The notes under the pieces are model-generated. The model saw only the letters and a list, made by a program, of their open reading frames with translations, had not been told where the DNA came from and did not search any database. DNA of 64,000 nt, from the NCBI RefSeq assembly GCF_006345805.1, contig NC_043009.1, positions 16,740,001-16,804,000 of the forward strand, given 5' to 3'. Positions 49,304 to 62,900 of the stretch are shown here, piece by piece (the stretch's first letter is position 1; the number at the start of each line of letters is the position of its first letter). This DNA is from Octopus sinensis (lineage: Eukaryota). Made by a program: the position numbers and the translations under genes.

Positions 49304-52300
49304 TTAAACAGTTTTAATTATCTTTAAACATAGCAAGGTTCATAATAATAGTTAATTATAAGTATTTTTATTAGTTTTTATTTAATGAAATTTAATGTTT
49401 ATATTAGTTACTGGTAATTTAGTATTATAGCTTGTAGTGGTGATATATTAACGAGTATGTAGTCTTTTAATTTTAACTTTTGAATGACAAAATGATGCAT
49501 TTCACTCCTAAAAATATTAGCTTTCATTATAGTAGTATCTATGGAAGACTGGTGGGATTATTATTTGTATGGACAATTTAGCATATAATTTAGTTATTGC
49601 TGTTCACTATTAATACCGATACATTGTACGTTGGTTTATATGTTTCTTTGTTGTAGTTTTATCAAAGTTACTGTTTAATCCTGCCTATATATTGATTGAC
49701 TGAAATAATGTGGTTGTTAAGACTTTCTTTTACATTATACTACAGAAGAATGAAGGGATTATAATTTTTATATGACTTAATAGATTTGTCACTTTAGTGA
49801 TGTATTCAGGAGTGTTTGTAATTTACTTATTAAATTTATTTCTTGATAAGGTTGTACATAGGGTAAATGTGTGTGAAAGTTGCAGTTATTTTAGTGCTGT
49901 TGCACTTATTTTAGTGCTGTTGACACTGCCAGATTGAATGGTACTGACCAGGTGTTGAAACCATAATGATATCTGTGGGGCAGCTGATGATGGAGGGATG
50001 TTGGATTGTTGGTATGGCTGTTTTTGTATCTGTGGAATAATATTATAACACATCCTTTTGATATATATATATATGTGTATATTTATGTTTATGATGGGTT
50101 TCTTTCAGTTTCCATCAACCAAATCCACTCACAAGGCTTTGGTCAGCCTGAGGGTATAGTAGAAGACACTTGCCCAAGGTGTCACACAATGTGGTTGAGA
50201 AGCAAGCTTCTTACCACACAACCATGCCTATACCTATAATGGTACCAGCTATATATTACTTATATATTTGTTTCTTTCTTTGAAGCGGAGATACATTGTT
50301 CCTAAGTATTTAAGGTTATACTAGAATGGAGGTATGGTTAGTTTAGTTAGTTTTTTGAGTCTGAGGGTAAAATATTCCTTTTGGTCCATTCCCGTTGAAG
50401 ACCTAAAGGTGCACAAGACACACAAAACAGTGAAGGAGATGAAATATATCTCCTCTGCTATTCTGTAGTTTACACCATAAAGTACTGCAAGTTATAAAAT
50501 TGAACAATGTGGTCCTAATTTTCAATTCGTATTTATTTACTTTTTTAGTGCACCTTGCTTCATCTCACAGTGCATCAATGTGAAAACCACATATGTCCTC
50601 ATTATTCATATATTACAACAGATGTCATAATATCACAGTCCTGTGTTATAATCTTTTCCATCATCACTGCCTTATATTAGTCTATATCAACATCATCAAC
50701 CTTTATTTCTGGGGAGACATTGTTTATATGTGTTTTGTTTTCATGTTAGTCATGAATGTGTGGGTCTTAAGATAACAGTTATGTATAATATATGAATTAT
50801 TTAAGACCTGGGATGCCATTCTTAATAACCAGAACAATTTATTTATAAACTGCAACCAGATCCTTTTTCATATTCTCTGTTGTGTTCAAGTTCTCTTACA
50901 ACCTTGGAGTAAGCAAGGAAAATCCATTTCAATGTTATCCTCCTAGGGTTAACAGGATAGTCAAGGGTTTGCTCTTTAATTAATTATATAAAGGAATTGA
51001 GAAGGACAAAAGCAATTAGGAAAATATGCATTAGCATAGCCTCCAAATGATGCTTTGATCAAATCTAGAAAGTCTTTGGTCATAGATCTGCTTGGTCTGA
51101 GTTAACCTGGGGCTAAACAATAATAACAACAAATCAGAGAGACTATTGAGTGAGAAATCAATGGCCAAGCTGACTGGAAGGAGACTTCGGAGAAGACCAA
51201 AAAGAAAATAGTTAGAAAATATCTATAGGCTCAGTTGTTTATGTTAAGGAATCCAGCAGGAAAGTGTGATGACAATTACTTTTGATAGGACCCTATGGAG
51301 GAGGTACCTGGGGACTCTACACTCATAACCTTACCAAGAATAGGTGGCAGAAAAACAGATGGATGGGTAGGTGGATGGAATCCCTGAATATAACTGGTCT
51401 GGATTATAAGCATTATAAGTTACTGTAAATCTACAAACTTGTTTAAAACCAAAAATCTGCTTAAATATCCTTCGTTAGTTGAAGTTTGATTATTTTAGTG
51501 CTGTTGTTGGTATGCATATATTTTCACTGCACTGAAAAATATTCTGCACATTTAGTCATACAGAAAGTTTTTCCATGCAATTCATATGATACAACTTTTC
51601 ATAGAAAATATAAAAGGAATTTAAAAAATAAATTAATCAAAAGAATTTATTTCCTTCTTGGCAATTATATTATATAAATATGGCTGATGTGCATTGTTTT
51701 TGTTATCCATGAAAATACTAAATGTAGCTTATACAACAGCTGTGTTGAAAGGGTAATAAGCAATGCAATAGTTTTGTGCTACTCACAAGTTATTACATAA
51801 CAGCTGTGCTTCTATTGCACCCTTATAAACTATCTTATTAGCAGAAGCAGTATAGAAATATTCTGTACACCTTCTGATCCTTTTACTTTCTGAATTCATA
51901 TTTTACCAATATTTTGCTTTACAATCTTGTGACCCATGTTTACTGTACATCAGTTGTGTTATTAATTTGTTAATTAATAACAGTTTTCTTCTGTATCATT
52001 AGTCAGGGGAAGAGAAGTATTAGTCTGAAAAATAGAAGAGAGCTGTTACCAATAGTTTTTCTTAGATCTTCTACACTAAGATTTTAGAGTGGCAGTGAGT
52101 AGTTCATGAGGTGGTAAAAGAATAAAAGTTAAAGAATATCTATTCTTTTATTCTTTTACTTGTTTCAGTTCTTTGACTGTAACCATGCTGGAACATCACA
52201 TTAAGGGTTTTTTTTAGTCAAAGAAATCAACCCCAGGACTTATTCTTTGTAAGTCTAGTACTTATTTTATCAGTTTCTTTTGCCAAACTGCTAAGTTACG

Positions 52301-54087
52301 GAGATGTAAACACACTGACATTGGTTGTCAAGCAATGGTAGTGGGACAAACACAGATACATTGATATATATGTGTGTGTGTGTGCAATGGGCTTCTTTCA
52401 GTTTCCATTTACCAAATCCACTCAAAGCTTTGTTCAGTCCGAGGCTATGGTAGAAGATACTTGCCCAAGGTGCCACGTGGGGGGACTGAACCCGGAACCA
52501 TATGGTTGGGAAGCAGGTTTCTTACCACACAGCCATGCCTGTACCTATCACAGCCACACCTGCGCCTATCTGATAAAATTTATACTAATATTTGTGGTGT
52601 TACTATATAGTTAAGGTAGCCAGCTGGAAAAAACATTAGCATGCCAGGCAAAATGCTTTGCCCCATTTCCACCAAGGTTGACTTTGCCTTTCATCCTCCC
52701 AGGGTCAATAAAAGAAGTACCAACTGAGCATTGAGGTTAATGTAACTGACTTACTCCCTCCTCCGAAATTGTTGCCCAGGTTCCAAAATTTGAAACCAAT
52801 ATTTGTGTTGCTGAGGTGACAAGCTGACAGACTCGTTAGCCTGTTAGGCAAAATGCTTGGTGGCATTTTGGCTGTCTTTATGTTCTGAGTTCAAATTCTA
52901 CCAAGGTCAACTTAGTTTTACGTTCTTTAGGGTCAATAAAATAATTACCAGTTGAGCACTAGGATTGATTTTATCAACTTAGCTCCTACTCCAAAATTGT
53001 TGGCCTTGCACCAAAATTCGAAACCAATATCTAGTTAGATATGTGCCTATGTGGATAAAATTTATTCTAATATTACATTTGTGTTGAAAATCTAATCTGT
53101 AAAGTCAATAAAACGAGTATAATGAATTTGCAACGGAGTGTGGAATACCCAACATATCAGAAAGAGTCCTTCTTCCAGGAAAGGCTGACAGGAGAAAAAT
53201 TAATGAGACATTGAAGCTTTACATCCTGTAACTTCGATGTACTCTTTTTATTGGTTTTAATAAATAATACAAATATTGCCAATGCAGACCAATACCAGTC
53301 TCTTAGGAATCTGTTTAATCAATTCTTCGTTTTATTTATTTCAGTCATTAGACGGTGGCTATGCTGGAGCACCACTCTAAAGACATTTTAATCAAATGAA
53401 TTAACCTCAGTACTTAATTTTTTTTTTTTCCTTTAAGCCTGGTACTTATTTTATTGGGCTTTTTGCCTGACTTCTAAGTTACAGAGATGTAAACGTACCA
53501 ACACTGCTTGTCAAGTGGTGGTGGGGGGGGGGACAAACACTGGCACACACACACACACACACCACACACACACATCATCTACCAAATCCTCTCACAAGGC
53601 TTTGATCAGCCTGGGACCATGCAGTTGGAAAGCAAGCTTCTTATCACACAGCCATGCCTATAGTTAGATATGTAATGTCTTTGTTGAATAAATTTATTCC
53701 TCTGCTTTATTATCTATGATACTAATAACTGTTAGGCAATATTTCTTATTGTTAACATATTATGATAAATTGGTTTTATCTTATGTCACCAATTGTTAGT
53801 GTATAGTATTTCATTGATGTGCGATTTTTCTCTTAAGTGTTTCCAATGCCTGTTGCTACTTAATCTCTTGATATTGTTGATGTTTAGCCTTACACCAATG
53901 GTTCTCAACCAATTTTTGCCTATAGACCCCTTTGATTCCTATTTTATTTGGGTTGACCCTCGTAGCTATCCAATGTTTAAAAAATCCTAGGCACAGGCAT
54001 GGCTCTATGGTCCAAAGTTTGCTACCCAACCACATTTCCAGGTTCAATCCCATAGTGTGGCACCTTGGGCTAATGCCTTCTGCTATA

Positions 54088-54318
54088 CATTTCTTTACTA
54101 CCCACAAGGGGCTAAACACAGAGAGGACAAACAAGGATAGACAAACGGATCAAGTCGATTACATCAACCCCAGTGCGTAACTGGTACTTATTTAATCAAC
54201 CCTGAAAGGATGAAAGGCAAAGTCGACCTCGGCGGAATTTGAACTCAGAACGTAGCGGCAGACGAAATACGGCTAAGCATTTCGCCCAGCGTGCTAACGT
54301 TTCTGCCAGCTCGCCGCC
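54088..54318 (-). mobile_element. very young tRNA-derived SINE nested in an older SINE
   Basis: Intact CpGs and A/B boxes; TSD CTAATGCCTTCTGCTATA at 54070-54087 and 54319-54336. Confidence 0.92.
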
Positions 54319-54392
54319 CTAATGCCTTCTGCTATAGCCTCAGGTTGACCAAAGCCTTGTGAGTGGATTTGCTTGATGGAAATTAAAAGAAG

Positions 54393-54811
54393 CCTTGTTC
54401 GAAAATAAAAGGACACAGATCGGGTCATATAGCCAGATGATGTCTCCTGGGGCTAAATTACAGCAACATTCGTCCTAAACTAGGACTGCCATGTTATGTT
54501 GGCAAACAATCTTTACTCCAAAGTACTGTTGCTGAATATCTCTCATTGTGAGATTTAAAAATAGTAATTTTCTAATTTATAGATCAGTAACTTTGAAAAC
54601 AATTATTCTGTGCTGATGAAGAGAAATAACCCAGAAATCGCGATACACAGATATTGTTTTGAGCTGAGTGGGGGTACTAGATTCCCTTGTTCGAAAATAT
54701 AAGGACACAGATCGTGTCGTATAGCCAGCTGGAGACGATGTCTCCTGGGGCTAAATTACAGCAACATTCGTCCTAAACCAGGACTGCCATGTTATGTTGG
54801 CAAAAAATCTT
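54393..54811 (+). mobile_element. retrozyme-like / Penelope pLTR tandem repeat (292-bp unit, ~1.4 copies)
   Basis: CCTTGTTCGAAAATA...GGCAAAxAATCTT at 54393-54513 and 54685-54811, with a hammerhead in the unique middle. Confidence 0.8.
54596..54660 (+). ncRNA. minimal type I hammerhead ribozyme
   Basis: Stem I TCTGTG/CACAGA, extended by AAAACAAT/ATTGTTTT; core CTGATGA 54613-54619; GAAA 54634-54637; palindromic TCGCGA stem III; AUA cleavage site at 54645; stem II mismatched. Confidence 0.8.
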
Positions 54812-56789
54812 AGGACTTACTTTAAAGGGTTTACTTGATCAAATCAACTCTGTAGTTATTCTGTCTCATTTTGCCAAACTGCTAAGTTACAGAGATGTAA
54901 AGAAATAACCAATGCATGACAAACAAATACACACACATGCACACACATGCACACACATTTACACATACATGTGCACATACACATAAATAACAGGTTTGGT
55001 TTTACAGATGGGAGAAAAATCCCTATACATGCATACTTACAAGTATATGTATAGATGTGTGTATTAATTATTAGTTATGAAATTAGCGCAATTAGCTGGT
55101 AGAACTGTTAGCATGCTGGGCAAAATACTTAGCAGCATTTCATTTGTCTTTATGTTCTGAGTTCAAATTCTGTTAAGGTCAACTTTGCCTTTCATCCTTT
55201 CAGATCAATAAAATAAATACTTGCTGAGTACAGTGAGTTGATGCAATTGACTTACCTCTCTTCCGGAATTTGCTGGCCTTGTGCCAAAATTTGAATCTAT
55301 TATTAGCTATGAAGCTTTATATGTAACTTTAGGTTTTTGAATCACTTTATGTAGCTTCACACCTAATGATTAATATTTGGGGCAGTGTTAGTCAATTACA
55401 TCAACCCCAAATGCTCAGCTGGTACTTATTTTATTGACTCCAAAAGGACAAGAGGCAAAATCAACTCAGTTGATTTGAACTCAAAGCATGAAGACAGACA
55501 AAATGCTGCTAAGTTTTTCACCCAGCATTCTATGGATTCTGCCAGTTTGCCACCTTCATCATGATAATAATATTCCTTTGTACCATGGGAACAAGGCCTA
55601 AAGTTTTGAAGGAGGGGAGCTAGTTGATTCTATTGACCCCAGTACTCAACTGGTACCTATTTTATCAACCCCCAAAAGGATAAAAGGCAACGTCAACCTC
55701 AGCAGGATTTGAACTCAGAATGTAAAGCTAGATGAAATGCCACTATGCTTTTTGCTCAGTATGCTAATGATTCTGCCAGCTTGCCATCTTCATGATGATG
55801 ATAATATTAACAACAGTGACGATAATAATAATTTCTCATATAAACACAAAGCCGGAAATTTAGTGGAAGGGAAACAATCAATTATATTAATTCCATGACT
55901 TGACTGGTAATTTATTTTATCAACCCCAGAATGACGAGGTTAAATTTGACTAGATTTTGAACTTGTTTTTTTTTTTTGTTATAGGGAACTCGTGTCCATA
56001 TTACCGTCTATCTCCTTTTCTATGAGTGTAGAGTGTGATATGAGGGAAATTTAGCTGTTATTTCTAGCTAGGTAAATGACCACGTAAAGGGTCCATCTGT
56101 GTGTGTGTATGTAAGAGGGAAAGAATGAAACTGCATATATAAGAAAGAGAGAGAGAGAAGTATAGCAAAAAATGTAGTGTGTGAGTTGGTGCAGAATAAT
56201 TAAGTTTGTTCAAAGTTGTTTAAATTGTTTAATGAATCTCTTTTCTTGTCAGTGTCACTGATTAGGTTTCACTCCAGTTCTTGTGTGAGTAGTGTTGGTG
56301 GTGGTGGTGGTGGCGGTTGTGGTTTAGTTTTGCTTGGGCTGACTGGTCATCAAAAGCATTTAACCCGTGACAACTTCAATTAGTTTTGGGGAATAGTGTA
56401 TCTAGTGCTACATTATTCAACATGTTCTTCCATTTTTTTAAAGCTAGCAGAGTGTGATTTGAGAGAAGTTTGTTTGCTATTTCTATCAAGTCAAATCTTG
56501 AAGCTTCCTCGTTGACTCTTGCATGTGGCATTTCTAATTTTGGGATGTGGTGGATCCTCCAGCCTTTGTACCTGGTTACCTTTCACCTGATTCTCTGACA
56601 TCTGCTTGTTATATTAAGTCTCCCATATACTGATTAATCACAACATCCCATCCTCTCTTATGCTTATCTTCTCATCTACCTCCTATTTTAATTTCTTCTC
56701 TTTACTCTATATAGGTCACTTTCTTCTCTCACCTTTCTACATCTTTTCCTCTATTTTACTGCTCTGTGTTGTTGTTATTGTTGTTGGAT

Positions 56790-57110
56790 GCAACAACTAC
56801 ATCCAAGAACAATGCCACATCTGAAGGAAGAGCACTGGAAGACTACTACACTGACTTTTCTGCTGGTGGCAACCCATGCACTAGATTCCAGTGCAGTACT
56901 CCAAAGAAGACTTGGGTAAAACACATTGAGGAAGACCTGAAGTTACAGAGTCTCAACCTCAAGCATGCTAAGGCCAGCACCATGGACTGAAAGCATGGAA
57001 TAACATCATCACTAGAGTCCATCATCCAGAAGCACTCACAGCAGTGTATTGGTTGAGAGTCAGCCTCCCCGTACAGTTGTCAGTTAGAGATTAAAGCAGA
57101 CGACTACACC
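56790..57110 (+). mobile_element. LINE (RTE-like) 3' fragment
   Basis: TPKKTWVKHIEEDLK...AKASTMD*KAW resembles the GRPxxTW...DR..W ORF2 end. Confidence 0.55.
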
Positions 57111-59329
57111 CAATCCTTCCTTGTAATCCTTATTCTTCATCACTTCACCCTCACAGGTTTAAATAGAAATGGTTTTGTGGCAAACCATATTATCCCATTT
57201 CCTTTTTCTGATATCCATAAATAATTGTGAATTTATAAAAAGAAATTTAAATAATAAAACTTATATATTGTGTAGTTAGTGATACTCAGGTAGAGCACAT
57301 GACAAAATTCACTAATGCCTATTTAGTTACTTTGTGGTTGAAATACTACAGGTGTGGTGTTTTCTGTCAACCTTATAAGATCACTTCGACATTAGGTTCT
57401 ATTCAAGTGAATTTTTCATCTCACTGAACTTCATTGCTTTGCACCAAAGGTAGAAATTGTAAATGTTATATGAACATTTTTACTTTAGTGCTGATAATGA
57501 AGTGTTATGTCTAGAGACCACACCTTATTCTTTTCCTGAAAGTAACCATATATTACCACACATTCTCTTCTCATTGGCTCATACCTATTCTTGCAGAATA
57601 TTAGTGTACTGGAATCATGTCTTAACATCCTCTACTAAACAGTGATACACAAATATTAAAGTACTGGTGACTTGCTAATGAGGATTGTTTTCTAATCAAT
57701 CATTAATAATGACACTAATTATAGCACACAATATTCTTTTGATTTTTCTTTAATTGGCTATTAGCAGGGTTTGAGTTTCTGTGTTAGAAGAGTGACAATC
57801 CCTTGGTTTTAAGAGTATGTTCCTGCGAAGAAGATAAATCATATTCTGTTTCAATCTATTCTCCATGAAATTAGCTGCTGAGGGCAACAACTGAATGAAA
57901 ATATTTATTAGAATATATTTGAAATGATACAAGATGAGAGTTTGTGTGATTACAGTGATTTTGGGATAATGAGACATGTTTCCAATGTAACCTTCCTGTC
58001 GTCCACCACAACTAGTTAGCACTACTGAGGATACATTGGTACTGAGCCAAAACTGGTCTAAGCAGCCTAATGGTAACAAGTTTAATGCTCAGCGAAGTAT
58101 AGTCTTCTTGTTGTCCACCACTGCTGAGTAGTATGGTAGTGGTACATTAATACTTGGCCACATTATGCTGGTGGCCTGATATTGATGAATATGTATATTC
58201 AACCATGAATCTTTCTAAAAAGTAAACCAGTTTTAATAAGAATTACTGAGGCACAAGATGTCTTATTTATTTATATATATAACATCCTCCTCATCATCAT
58301 TTAACATTTGGCTTCTATGCTGGCATGGTTTGGATAGTTTGACCAGAGCTGGTAAGGCCAGGAGCCACACTAGGCTCTGTTGTCAGTTCTGGCATGGTTT
58401 CTATGACTGGATGCCCTTCCTAGTGCCAACCACTGCACAGAGTGTGGTGGGTGTTTTTTCATGTGGCACCAACACCAGTATCAATTCTGCTATGGCAGAC
58501 AGGTTTTCTTGAGTACAGCCAGGTATCAGATATCTCAGTCCCCTGCCATCTCCTTTGTAAGGCTCAGTGTCTTGAGATAGGTCTTCAGTACATCATCCCA
58601 TGTCTTCCTGGGTCTCCCTCTTCTGCAAGGTTCATCCCCTTTAGTGATCAGCACTTTTGTATGCAACTGTGTGCATGCGCGTGCACACACACCTGACATT
58701 ACTAATCAAATGATAACTGAAGGAAAGATAGCAAATGATGTACACTAGGTGATGGGGAAACTAAAATGTTCTATTTAAGAATGAAGATTTACATTTAATT
58801 TTATGGAGGTGTATCTGCCATACAAGTTAAATTTTAATATAGCCTTAATTGTATGATCTTGGAGGATTCAATGATAAATCTTTATCTTTGATGTCTTCTA
58901 ATTATGAAACAAATAAACGTGACAAGTTGAGTGAAAGTGATTTGAAAATGTGACAAGTTATCAAGAGCATTGACAATCACATTGAAAAGAAAGTGTTATT
59001 TAATTCCAGGTGACTATACCTGATAAACCTATGATCAAAAACATTTCTTTCATCCTTAACCTTCTCATTTTTGTTTCAAGCAAAATATATCTCTGTGACT
59101 GAGCTATCTAATATATTCTGATATACAGAAATCTGGCTGCTATTTGTAGTACATTGAGAAGCATCATACATGCTTGCTTGTCAACTCAGACATTACTGTT
59201 TCTGTTGGTATTGTTGATGATGATAATGGATAGCCTTGATCACTTCTGTGCAGGCCAACAGTCATAGCAATAACCAGTCAAATTGGTTTATAGCTATTTT
59301 TATTATATTACCTGCAGTCAGTCATTGCA

Positions 59330-59650
59330 ACTATGATGGCTGTTCATGGCTGTGGCATGACTGGATAAGCTTTCTCCATACCAGTCAGTCTTTCTGCATG
59401 GGTTTGCCATTTATGTTCAGTTCCTTTCCACTTTGTGTTCCTTTTTGCAATATCTTTGAATCTTGGTCTAGGTCTTCCATGGTTTCTTTTCCCCTTGCAT
59501 AGTTGAGAGTGAAGTATTTGTCGGGGGAGTCTGTTGTTGTCTATCATGTGTAAGTGACTCAACCAATGTAAAATTCTATCAATGAGGATTTTCATCATAA
59601 GAAGAAGCAGACCAGCACACTGGAGAATCTGTTTGCTTCTGATCTTGTCA
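59330..59650 (-). mobile_element. RTE/BovB-like LINE 3' fragment
   Basis: LHWLSHLHMIDNNRLPRQILHSQLCKGKRNHGRPRPRFKD. Confidence 0.8.
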
Positions 59651-61590
59651 AAGAGAGTAATCTATATAAATAATTTGTCATAGCTGTCTCATCATATCAC
59701 TATGCTTAGAACCATTCTCATAAAGACAGGTTGGCAGGGTAGACAAGATTATAACTTGGAATCCAGCAGTTGGATATACTGAATTCTTCTACAATCTATC
59801 CTTGTTGTGAAGGTGTGTGGCTTAGTTGTTAGGGGTATTCGGCTCATGATTGTAGTTGTGAGTTTGATTCTCAACAACATGTTGCATCCTTGAACAAGAC
59901 ACTTTATTTCATGTTTCTCCAATCCACTCACCTGGCAAAAATGAGTTGTACCTGTATTTCAAAGGGCCAGCCTTGTCACATTCTGTGTCACGCTGAATCT
60001 CCCTGAGAACTACATTAAGGGTACACGTGTTTGCAGAGTGCTCAGCCACTTGCACATTAATTTCATGAGCTGGCTGTTCTGTTGATTGGATCAACTGGAA
60101 CCTTTGTCATCATAACCAACAGAGTTCCCAGTTTTTTACAATCTTCCCTGTGTGGATAACATAGTGATTCATCATTCATGGTTTATAAGTTCAGATTCTG
60201 TGTCGCTGGAAGTCTTATGAGGTATTTACAGTACATTTTACCATTTAATGTTGGGCATGTTGATGTAACATGCAGCACTTTGGTGATTAGATTAGAACTC
60301 GTGTTTTCAGCATGATATGATTGTAAACCTTGTATCCCTCATTTTCTTAACATAGTTTGCCTCAGTCTATAGGCTAAATCATCATCATCATCATTTAACA
60401 TCCATTTTCCATTGGTTGGATGGTTATACTAAGTCTGATGAGTCACATCTGTCTCAGGCCCCAGTTTTAGATCTGTCATGGTTTTTACAGCTAGATGCCC
60501 TTCCTAACACCAGCCACTTTGCAGTGTGTACCAGGTGCTTTTTTACATGACACCAGCATAAGTCAAGTCACTGAATAAATTGCAAAACAAAGAAGAAAGG
60601 AAAATGCTGAGTGGGAGTATATTTAAGAGAGGTGGAGGTAGCTTTATACCAAGTGTTGAAGGCTAAAGCAGGATAGTGGAACAATCACAGGTGTGTTGCT
60701 ATAGAAGTGAGTCATGCTCCCTCCCTGCCCCACAGTATATAAAGGTGGTGGTGGTGGGAGCTGGAAGATAGATAAAGAGAGTGGTTATGGGGTGCGAATA
60801 TATTCACAAAGTACAAAAAGGCAAGTATAAGGGAAAATATAGATTTTGAATCAGGAGGGAAGGAAGGTATGAGAGGAGAGTGACAGATAGATTGATATTG
60901 GGTGAGAGTTGGCTGTAGTGAGTGATGGATAAAAGGTAGGAGGTGTGGCTGATGGTAAATATCAGGCTGCAGGATGAGGGGAGAGAGGAAGAGACAGAGG
61001 TGGCTCAGGAACAAGGAATTGACTTGCACCAGAACAAGAGGTGTAGGAAGTGGCAGTGTCGTATATCTGTGGATGAGAGCAGGGAGATGTGCTGGGTGCG
61101 AGGGGCGGGGGGAGGGAGAGAATAATGAACTGTGATGGAGAAGGCCAAGATCACGTGATCTGGGGTTCTCAGCGCTGGAGATGGTGGGGATTTATCTCCT
61201 TGCTAGTGATATAAAGAAGAGCACATTTTGCACCAAAAGCCAGTATGAAAGTTTCTCTCGTGATATCTACCACAGTATAGTTTGTTCTAACAGAACATCC
61301 ATGTTTGAGTGGGGGTAAATATTACCTCATGGTATTAATACAGCCTCTGTCACTAAATATATATTTCATGTGATGGAGATGGTGGTCAAAGGTACATGAA
61401 CATGGTAATAAGGAACAGGGCAACAAAGGTGGAGGAGGTGTTGATAGCAAATAAGTGAGGAGGAGGTTGAGAGGATGATAATAGACTGATGTGTAGCAAA
61501 CTATGATGTAGCTTTGAGAAAATAGTGATATTACTGAAATGCACAAAAAGTGGGTGATCAGTAGAAAGCAGTCTTGGCTGGGGTGATTAT

Positions 61591-61984
61591 GGAATGGAAT
61601 GGAAGCACTCCGTCAGTTACGACGACGAGGGTTCCGGTTGATCCGAATCAACGGAACAGCCTGCTCGTGAAATTAACGTGTAAGTGGCTGAGCACTCCAC
61701 AGACACGTGTACCCTTAACGTAGTTCTCGGGGATATTCAGCATGACACAGAGAGCGACAAGGCCGGCCCTTTGAAATACAGGTACAACAGAAACAGGAAG
61801 TAAGAGTGAGAGAAAGTTGTGGTGAAAGAGTACAGCAGGGATCACCACCATCCCCTGCCAGAGCCTCGTGGAGCTTTAGGTGTTTTCGCTCAATAAACAC
61901 TCACAATGCCCGGTCTGGGAATCGAAACCGCGATCCTATGACTGCGAGTCTGCTGCCCTAACCACTGGGCCATTGCGCCTCCAC
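61591..61984 (-). mobile_element. young tRNA-derived SINE (older + strand copy at 59805-60130)
   Basis: Minus strand GTGGAGGCGCAATGGCCCAGTGGTTAGG...GGTTTCGATTCCC; CpG-rich; (TTCCA)n tail. Confidence 0.88.
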
Positions 61985-62695
61985 ATTATAAGAGTGAGAT
62001 AAATGGTAGTGCCAATGGGTGGAAAAGTAATTGCAGACTCCTGCTCTCAAATGATTGCGGCTGGTGAATTGTACCATTGTTAGAAGAATAATGCGGGATG
62101 GGTAGTTGGAAAATAAGATGTGGTGTCAAGTATGCTTGACATGGACAAACTATTTGTAGAATCTATCATGGACAAGAATAAGCATGATACTTTTAGGACC
62201 TCACTTTCGCTGTGACAGACAGGTCTTCTGTGCATGGAAAGTTACCAGTCATTTCAGTCTTTTGTCATCTTCTCCATGATGTTCAATATTTTGAGATCAG
62301 TTCTCACTACCTCATCCCATGTCTCCCTGGGTCACCCTCGGCCATAAGTCTCATCCACTCTAAGTGATTGGCACTTCTTTAAGTAGCTGTCTTCATTCAT
62401 ATGCATCACACGACCAAATCAATGTCGTCAACTCTTTTGTGAGCTACGTCTGATGCCTCTTGTACCTAATTTTTCTCTCAACACTGAGTGAGTTGGTTAA
62501 ATAACTTGACAAAACCTCCTTTATTTACTTCAAGACAAAAGCAAAAAACAACTGGTTCATTGATATTATGTGAATGGGTGACATGTACAGAAATAGCCCT
62601 CTCTCTCTCTCTCTCCGCACACACACACACTAATTAATGTATTTAATTGTAATCATTCAACTACTTATCATTTTTATTTTTTATATAATTTTCAG

Positions 62696-62900
62696 GAAAA
62701 GCGAGGCATATGTGAAGACACCTTGGCATGCAGTCTGTGTTGGAGACTTAGTACATTTGTCATGCAATGAAGTCATTCCTGCTGACATTTTGTTGTTAAG
62801 GTCCAGTGATTCATCTGGCCTTTGTCACATAGAAACAAGCAACGTTGATGGAGAAAACAACCTTAAACAAAGATTCTGTGTACAAGTCAATAAAGAACAG
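62696..62900 (+). CDS. ATP10: ATP10-type P4-ATPase second coding exon (actuator domain)
   Basis: Acceptor TTTTCAG; [68 protein letters not shown]; donor CAG|GTTAGT; 205 bp. Confidence 0.95.

Larger units (their letters stand above)
46789..49483 (+). mobile_element. Penelope-like element of Naiad/Chlamys type with inverted arms and nested insertions
   Basis: RT C-terminus at 47907-48380 reads RYIDDIF...IYPSEL...YLDV...YNKTEDFGF...IPSFVGYDVFEGQIVRY...LVKQGYKY with no downstream GIY-YIG seen; 46789-46990 is the reverse complement of 49055-49483 once the MITE is removed. Confidence 0.75.
25256..62695 (+). other. ATP10: 37.4-kb intron of ATP10 between the first two coding exons
   Basis: GT at 25256 and TTTTCAG ending at 62695; CG+G restores an Arg codon and the protein runs on (...[13 protein letters not shown]...). 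Confidence 0.85.

Noticed and set aside
60690-62150. Purine-rich stretch as a coding region or Penelope relic on the minus strand
   Set aside because: Only vague motif resemblance; no convincing RT or GIY-YIG motif could be read.
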